This document shows, piece by piece, positions 58,758-64,000 of a stretch of DNA of 64,000 nt. The DNA is from an uncultured Gemmatimonadales bacterium (GTDB taxonomy: Bacteria > Gemmatimonadota > Gemmatimonadetes > Gemmatimonadales > Gemmatimonadaceae). The position numbers and the translations under genes are program-made. Positions within the stretch are counted from its first letter, which is position 1. Each line of letters begins with the position of its first letter. The notes below the pieces were generated by a model. It was not told the origin of the DNA. It worked only from the letters and a program-made list of their open reading frames with translations, and made no database searches. The stretch is taken from assembly GCA_963851265.1 (NCBI GenBank), contig CAWKNZ010000002.1:544001-608000 (forward strand), written 5' to 3'.

Positions 58758-59342
58758 TCAGCGCGCGCCCGACTCGTCGAGCAGCCGGCCGATGAGCGCG
58801 CGGTTCTCGGGCGAGTTCCAGTCCTGCGCGTACGCCTTCTTGCGCACCACGCCGTCGGTGCCGATCACGAAATTCTCGGGCACGCCGGTCGACTGGTAGA
58901 CCTTCTGGATCGTCCCCGCCGAGTCGTGCAGCACGTCGTAGGTGACGTGGTACGGGGCGAGAAATTCGCGGATCTTCTTGGGCGCGTCGGCGCCCTCGTC
59001 CACGCTCACGGCGACGATCTTGAAGCCGCGCGGCGCGAAGTCGCGGTAGAGCGCCTCCAGGCTCGGGATCTCCTCGCGGCAGGGCGCGCACCACGTCGCC
59101 CAGATGTTGACCAGCACCACCTGCCCGCGGTAGTCCGCGAGCCCGCGCACGCCCGACGCCGGGCGCGCCGCGGCGCCGCGCGCGTCCGAGGTCTGCACGG
59201 CGTTCGCCGTGAACGCGGGCGCGGGGCCGCCGACGCTCACCGGGAAGAGTTCCTCGCCTAACGTACGCGAGGCGACCCAGAGGCCGCCGCCCAGGAGCGC
59301 GACGATCGCGGCGATGATGGTCCACTGCTGCCGTACCGTCAC
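58758..59342 (-). CDS. TlpA/ResA-like thiol:disulfide oxidoreductase
   Basis: N-terminal TM, NIWATWCAPCREE, GVPENFVI. Confidence 0.93.
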   Translation of the reverse strand: MTVRQQWTIIAAIVALLGGGLWVASRTLGEELFPVSVGGPAPAFTANAVQTSDARGAAARPASGVRGLADYRGQVVLVNIWATWCAPCREEIPSLEALYRDFAPRGFKIVAVSVDEGADAPKKIREFLAPYHVTYDVLHDSAGTIQKVYQSTGVPENFVIGTDGVVRKKAYAQDWNSPENRALIGRLLDESGAR

Positions 59343-60016
59343 GCGATCGCCTCGGTCGCGCGGGCCGCGGCGTCGCGCAGCGCGTGCAGCGCCGCGGCCG
59401 GGTCGGCCGCGGCGAACACGGCGTTGCCGGCGACGAAGGTGTCGGCCCCCGCGCGGCGGCAGCGCGCGATCGTGTCGGGCGCGATGCCGCCGTCGACCTC
59501 GAGGTGCGCCGCGCTGCGCGCCGCGTCCAGCAGCTGTCGCGCGCGCGCGATCTTTCCCTCTGTGTAGCCGATGAACTTCTGCCCGCCGTAGCCCGGGTTC
59601 ACCGTCATCACGAGCAGCAGGTCCAACTCGCCGACCACCTCGCTCACGTGCGCGAGCGGCGTGGCCGGGTTGAGTGCGACGCCCGCGCGGCAGCCGGCCT
59701 CGTGAATGTGCGCGAGCTGGCGGTCGAGGTGCGGCACCGCCTCGGCGTGGATCGTCATGCCGGTCGCGCCGGCCGCGGCGAACTCGTCGAAGTAGCGTTC
59801 GGGGAACTCCACCATCATGTGCACGTCGATCGGCAGCGCGGTCGAGCGGCGCACGGCGTCGATGACCTTGACGCCGAAGCTGAGGTTCGGGACGAAATGC
59901 CCGTCCATCACGTCGACGTGGATCTGGTCGGCGCCGCCGGCCTCGACGCGCGCGATCTCGTCGGCGAGACGGGCGAAGTCGGCGGCGAGGACGGAGGGGG
60001 CGAGGCGGATGGACAC
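59339..60016 (-). CDS. rpe: Ribulose-phosphate 3-epimerase
   Basis: APSVLAADF, HVDVMDGHFVPN, MTVNPGYGGQ, VDGG. Confidence 0.97.
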   Translation of the reverse strand: MSIRLAPSVLAADFARLADEIARVEAGGADQIHVDVMDGHFVPNLSFGVKVIDAVRRSTALPIDVHMMVEFPERYFDEFAAAGATGMTIHAEAVPHLDRQLAHIHEAGCRAGVALNPATPLAHVSEVVGELDLLLVMTVNPGYGGQKFIGYTEGKIARARQLLDAARSAAHLEVDGGIAPDTIARCRRAGADTFVAGNAVFAAADPAAALHALRDAAARATEAIA

Positions 60017-60099
60017 GGAGAGGGCGGTGCGGTTGACGGAAGATCGGTCGCGGCGGTCGCGACGACGGCACGCGGCCACGCCGCGTCGGTCCTACCCCG

Positions 60100-60429
60100 C
60101 TACGGCTGCGCCGCCACCACGATGGTGACCGTCGCCCCGCGCGGCTTCTGCGTGGTGGGCGCGGGCGACTGGTCGAGCACGGTCCCGGCCGGAACCGACG
60201 CGTTCACGCGCGGCGTGCCGGTCTGCGGATCGAACCCCGCCGCGCGCAGCGTCGACTCGGCGTCGTCCACCAGCTGCCCACGCACGTCGGGCACGGGACG
60301 GTCGTCGGGTACGAGGCGCGTCGGGAAGACGAACAGATACACCAGCACGTACGCCAGCAGGAACCCCGATGCCGCGACGATCGCATAGGGGATCGACCCG
60401 CGGACGGCGCTCCGAAACCCTCCGCTCAC
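60100..60429 (-). CDS. Single-PASTA-domain membrane protein
   Basis: TM then VPDVRG...L.AAGF...GTVLDQSP...GATVTIVV. Confidence 0.88.
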   Translation of the reverse strand: MSGGFRSAVRGSIPYAIVAASGFLLAYVLVYLFVFPTRLVPDDRPVPDVRGQLVDDAESTLRAAGFDPQTGTPRVNASVPAGTVLDQSPAPTTQKPRGATVTIVVAAQP

Positions 60430-61850
60430 GCGGCCTCACCCGCGACCGCCCCCGCGCGCCGCAGCCGCGCCGCGAACGCGCCGTCCACGCCGTGCCGCTG
60501 CGGCAGCACGCGCAGCCGTCCGGCGTCGAGCACCGCGTCGGGCACCACGCCCGCCGGGGGCGGCTCGAGCGTCCACTCGCCCGCGTGCTCGCCGAGGAAG
60601 CGGTCGACCACGCCGTCGTTCTCCTCGGCTTCGATCGAACAGGTCGAGTACACGAGCAGCCCGCCCGGCCGCACGAGCGCCGCGGCCGCGCGTACGATCG
60701 CGTGCTGCGTCGCGCTCGTCACCGCCACGTTGGAGGGCTTGAGGCGCCAGCGCGCGTCGGGGTGCCGGCGGAACGTGCCCGTGCCCGTGCACGGCGCGTC
60801 GACCAGCACGCCGTCGACCGCCCGCAGCGGCGCGTCGAGCACGTCGCCGGCGTACGGAAACACGTTCGACGCGCCGAGGCGCACGAGGTTGGCCCGCACG
60901 CGCGCGAGGCGAGGCGGCGAGCGGTCGCCCGCGTAGACGGCCGCGGCCGTCCGCGCGAGTTCGAGCGCCTTCCCGCCCGGCGCGGCGCACACGTCGGCCA
61001 CGTGCGCGCCGCGAGGGAACGCGGCGTACAGCGTGACGAACGTCGATGCCGGGTCCTGGACGTGCAGGTGTTGGCCGAGCGCGGGGCCGCCCGCGTCGGC
61101 GTCGCGCCCGATACGTGGCCCGATCAGCGAGCCGATGCCCGAGCCGCGGGCGAGCCGCACGCTGTCGGCGGGCCACGCGGCGCCGGGCGGGGGCGCTTCG
61201 GTGGCCACGCCCGCCGCGTGCAGCTCCTCGATCAGCGCCGCCGCACTCACGCCGTAGGGCCGCGCGACGACGGGCGCCTCGCCGTTGTTCGCGCGGAGCA
61301 GCGCGGCGGTGGCGTCCACGCCCCAGCGCTCGGCCCAACGCGTGACGAGCCAGAGCGGGTGCGAGAACTCGAGCGCGAGCCGCTCGAGCGGGTCGTCGGG
61401 CATCGCGACCGGCGGCGCTCCGTCCGGCCCGCGCTCGCGGTCCACGCGGCGCAGCACGGCGTTGGTCAGCGCGGCCGCGCCGTGCCCGGCGCGCGCCTTC
61501 GCCAGCTCGACCGTCTCGCCGATCGCGGCGTACGCGGGCACGCTCGTCATCCCGACGAGCTGGTAGACGCCGAGCCGCAGCAGGTCGACCACGTCGGGGT
61601 CGAGGCGCAGCAGTCCGCCGCGCACGCGGTCGGTGAGGATGGCGTCGAGCCACGCGCGTCGACGGAGCGTGCCCCACACCAGCTCCTGCAGCCAGCGGCG
61701 GTCGCGCGCGTCGAGCGCGACGGCGCGGCGTTCGAACGCGGCGTCCAACAACAACCCCTCGCCCAGGTCGGCGAGGATCGCGGCGGCAGCGACGCGCGAC
61801 GGCGTGACCGCGAGGCGGCGCCCCCCGGCGACCGACGCGCGCGCGGTCAC
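60426..61850 (-). CDS. rsmB: 16S rRNA m5C967 methyltransferase
   Basis: NusB-like N-terminus, [26 protein letters not shown]. Confidence 0.95.
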   Translation of the reverse strand: MTARASVAGGRRLAVTPSRVAAAAILADLGEGLLLDAAFERRAVALDARDRRWLQELVWGTLRRRAWLDAILTDRVRGGLLRLDPDVVDLLRLGVYQLVGMTSVPAYAAIGETVELAKARAGHGAAALTNAVLRRVDRERGPDGAPPVAMPDDPLERLALEFSHPLWLVTRWAERWGVDATAALLRANNGEAPVVARPYGVSAAALIEELHAAGVATEAPPPGAAWPADSVRLARGSGIGSLIGPRIGRDADAGGPALGQHLHVQDPASTFVTLYAAFPRGAHVADVCAAPGGKALELARTAAAVYAGDRSPPRLARVRANLVRLGASNVFPYAGDVLDAPLRAVDGVLVDAPCTGTGTFRRHPDARWRLKPSNVAVTSATQHAIVRAAAALVRPGGLLVYSTCSIEAEENDGVVDRFLGEHAGEWTLEPPPAGVVPDAVLDAGRLRVLPQRHGVDGAFAARLRRAGAVAGEAA

Positions 61851-62404
61851 GGCGCGGCGCCGAGCTGGCCGAGCCAGATGCCGACGGCGAAGACGATCCC
61901 GCCGCCCACGATCACCTGCGCGACCGTGCGGCCGAGCGGGCTCTCCATGAAGTGGTAGCGGATGTAGGCGATCACGAGCAGCTCGACCACCACGACCCCG
62001 TAGGCCACCCAGAGGGCCGTGTGCAGGGTGCCGATGAGGAAGGGGAACGTGTGCCCCATGCCGCCGAGCAGGGTGCCGAGCCCGGTGACCGCGCCGCGCG
62101 TGAGCGGGCTGCCGCGCCCCGAGACCTTGCCGTCGTCGGAGAGGGCCTCGGCGAGCCCCATGCTGATGGCCGCGCCCACCGAGGCCGCGAGGCCGACGAA
62201 GAACGCGTCGTGCGCGCTGTTGGTCAGGCGGGCCGTGGCGAAGATCGGCGCGAGCGTGCTCACCGAGCCGTCCATGAGCCCCAGCAGCCCCGGCTGCACC
62301 ACCTGCAGCACGAACCGGTGCTCGTCCGGCGGCGTCGGAATCGGCGGCGCGTCGGCCGCGACCGCGAGTTCGTCGCGCGCGGGACCGGCGAGGAGGTCAG
62401 ACAT
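61847..62404 (-). CDS. VIT1/CCC1-family membrane protein (MbfA C-terminal-like, no ferritin domain)
   Basis: [41 protein letters not shown]. Confidence 0.85.
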   Translation of the reverse strand: MSDLLAGPARDELAVAADAPPIPTPPDEHRFVLQVVQPGLLGLMDGSVSTLAPIFATARLTNSAHDAFFVGLAASVGAAISMGLAEALSDDGKVSGRGSPLTRGAVTGLGTLLGGMGHTFPFLIGTLHTALWVAYGVVVVELLVIAYIRYHFMESPLGRTVAQVIVGGGIVFAVGIWLGQLGAAP

Positions 62405-63362
62405 CGGGAGTCGCGCTGGAAGGAGAATCGAACACGTCGCCGAGCTCGACGCCGCGGCCGCGCACCCAATCGGCCGCGGCGAGCCGTGCGCGGCCGGCGG
62501 GCTGCACGTGCGACACGCGCACCGCGTCCTCCCCGCACCGTACCACCAGGCCGTCCTCGCCGAACGCGATCACCTCGCCCGGCGCGACGTCGGGGCGCTC
62601 CTCGACGAGCGTTGGGCGTGCGCCGAACAGCTTCACCTCCGCGCCGCGCAGCACCGCGTACGCGCCGGGCCGCGGGTCGTACGCGCGCACCGCGCGCGCG
62701 ACGTCCTCCGCGGGGCGCGTCCAGTCGACGCGCGCGTCGGCCCGCGTGATCTTGGGCGCGTACGTGGCCGCCGCGTCGTCCTGCGGCGTCTCGCGTGCGG
62801 CGCCCACCTCGATCAGCGTCAGTGCCTCGATCAGCGCCTGCGCGCCGAGCTCCGCGAGGTGCTCCCACAGCTCGCCGTAGGTAGTGTCGGTGGCGATCGG
62901 CGTCTCGAGCGAGTGGATGACCGGGCCCGCGTCCAGCGCCGGCACCATGCGCATGATCGACACGCCCGTAGACGCGAGGCCGTGCAGCAGCGCGGCGCGG
63001 ATCGGGTCGGCGCCGCGGAAGGCGGGAAGGAGCGAGGCGTGGATGTTGAGCGTGCCGAGGGGCGGCAGGTCGATCACCGCCCTCGGCAGGATGTGGCCGT
63101 ACGCGACCACCACGGACAGGTCGGGTGCGAGGGCGGCGACTTCCGCGAGGAACGCGTCGCCCCTCGGCTTTTCCGGCTGCAGCACCGGCAGCCCCTCGGT
63201 GAGCGCGAGCGCCTTCACCGGCGACGGATCGAGCCGCGAGCGCGAGCGGCCGCGCGGCTTGTCGACGCCCGTCACGACGCCGACCACGTCGTATCCCTCG
63301 CCGAGCAGCGCGCGGAGCGGCGGGACCGCGAAGTCGGGGGTACCCCAGAAAAGGACGCGCAC
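62397..63362 (-). CDS. fmt: Methionyl-tRNA formyltransferase
   Basis: [29 protein letters not shown]. Confidence 0.97.
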   Translation of the reverse strand: MRVLFWGTPDFAVPPLRALLGEGYDVVGVVTGVDKPRGRSRSRLDPSPVKALALTEGLPVLQPEKPRGDAFLAEVAALAPDLSVVVAYGHILPRAVIDLPPLGTLNIHASLLPAFRGADPIRAALLHGLASTGVSIMRMVPALDAGPVIHSLETPIATDTTYGELWEHLAELGAQALIEALTLIEVGAARETPQDDAAATYAPKITRADARVDWTRPAEDVARAVRAYDPRPGAYAVLRGAEVKLFGARPTLVEERPDVAPGEVIAFGEDGLVVRCGEDAVRVSHVQPAGRARLAAADWVRGRGVELGDVFDSPSSATPDV

Positions 63363-63381
63363 GGTGCCGGGGCGGGCGCTG

Positions 63382-63942
63382 CTAGAGCGCCTCGTCGTTG
63401 TGCTGCGCGGCGAGGTCCTTGGCGGGCACCGTGAGCGCGCGGCGGAGGGCGGGATATTTCGTCTTCTCCCGTTCCCATTTCGCGAGCGCGGAGCGGCGCT
63501 TGAACGGACTCAGGTAGTCGAGAAAGAGGCGGCCGTGCAGGTGGTCGATCTCGTGCTGCAGGCAGCGGGCGAAGAGCTCCGCGGCCTCGATCTCGACCGC
63601 CTCGCCGTCGCGTCCGGTGCCGCGCACGACGACGCGCGCCGCGCGTTCGACGTCGGCGTACACGTCGGGGATCGACAGGCACCCCTCCTCGCCCTTCACC
63701 AACCCCTCGGTCTTGACGATCTCGGGGTTGAAGAGCGTGACGACCTGGCCGTCGACGTCGGCCACGAAGAGTCGCTCGCGGCGTCCCACCTGCGGCGCGG
63801 CCAGGCCGATGCCGCGCGCGGCGTGCATCGTCTCGTGCATCTGGTCGGCGAGCGCGCGCAACTCGTCGGTGACCTCGCGCACGGCGACCGTCGGCTGCCG
63901 GAGGGCCGGCGCGCCGAGCACGTGGATGTCGAGCAGGGCCAT
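63382..63942 (-). CDS. def: Peptide deformylase
   Basis: [19 protein letters not shown]. Confidence 0.97.
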   Translation of the reverse strand: MALLDIHVLGAPALRQPTVAVREVTDELRALADQMHETMHAARGIGLAAPQVGRRERLFVADVDGQVVTLFNPEIVKTEGLVKGEEGCLSIPDVYADVERAARVVVRGTGRDGEAVEIEAAELFARCLQHEIDHLHGRLFLDYLSPFKRRSALAKWEREKTKYPALRRALTVPAKDLAAQHNDEAL

Positions 63943-64000
63943 CGTGCCGGTCGCTTCAGGCACCCGGGCGCGCCGCCGCGGCGGCCGGTCCGCCAACGCG

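Noticed and set aside
8404..59262. bldA-style TTA-codon regulation as the explanation for the heptamer
   Set aside because: It would not need fixed flanks, four copies are not TTA codons, and TTA occurs here in core genes at arbitrary positions.
1..64000. CRISPR arrays, tRNA/rRNA genes, transposases, phage or defence genes
   Set aside because: None recognised; intergenic gaps are short and lack repeat-spacer or cloverleaf patterns.

Overview
Very GC-rich (roughly 70-75% by eye), gene-dense bacterial chromosome segment. Gene content and protein style suggest Gemmatimonadota (inference, not confirmed). 1-15.2 kb is a Wzc/Wza-type exopolysaccharide locus: three GT4 glycosyltransferases, a priming sugar transferase, two NDP-sugar epimerases, a SAM methyltransferase, an AT3 acyltransferase, and a divergent sigma-54 activator plus a soluble histidine kinase. 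After an EVE gene and gltA comes a compact acylation cassette (hexapeptide acyltransferase, ACP, paralogous acyltransferase, FabH-like KS III), with a third hexapeptide acyltransferase nearby. The rest is mostly core genes: mutY, a VWA/AAA+ pair split by a hybrid kinase, ygfZ, an alternative sigma-70 factor, aroB, a PduO-type adenosyltransferase, FNR, peptide ABC genes, TamA/TamB, peptidases, acpS, feoAB, lgt, tsaD, rpe, rsmB, fmt and def. No rRNA, tRNA, CRISPR or mobile element was seen. The strongest signal not explained by genes is the heptamer GTTAGGC/GCCTAAC: 15 exact copies by manual count, holding most TTAG tetramers in the window and supplying rare TTA codons. It fits the integron attC core consensus but is not arranged as attC sites. 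Many start codons were re-called from the ORF track using stop/start overlaps; all counts were done by hand.
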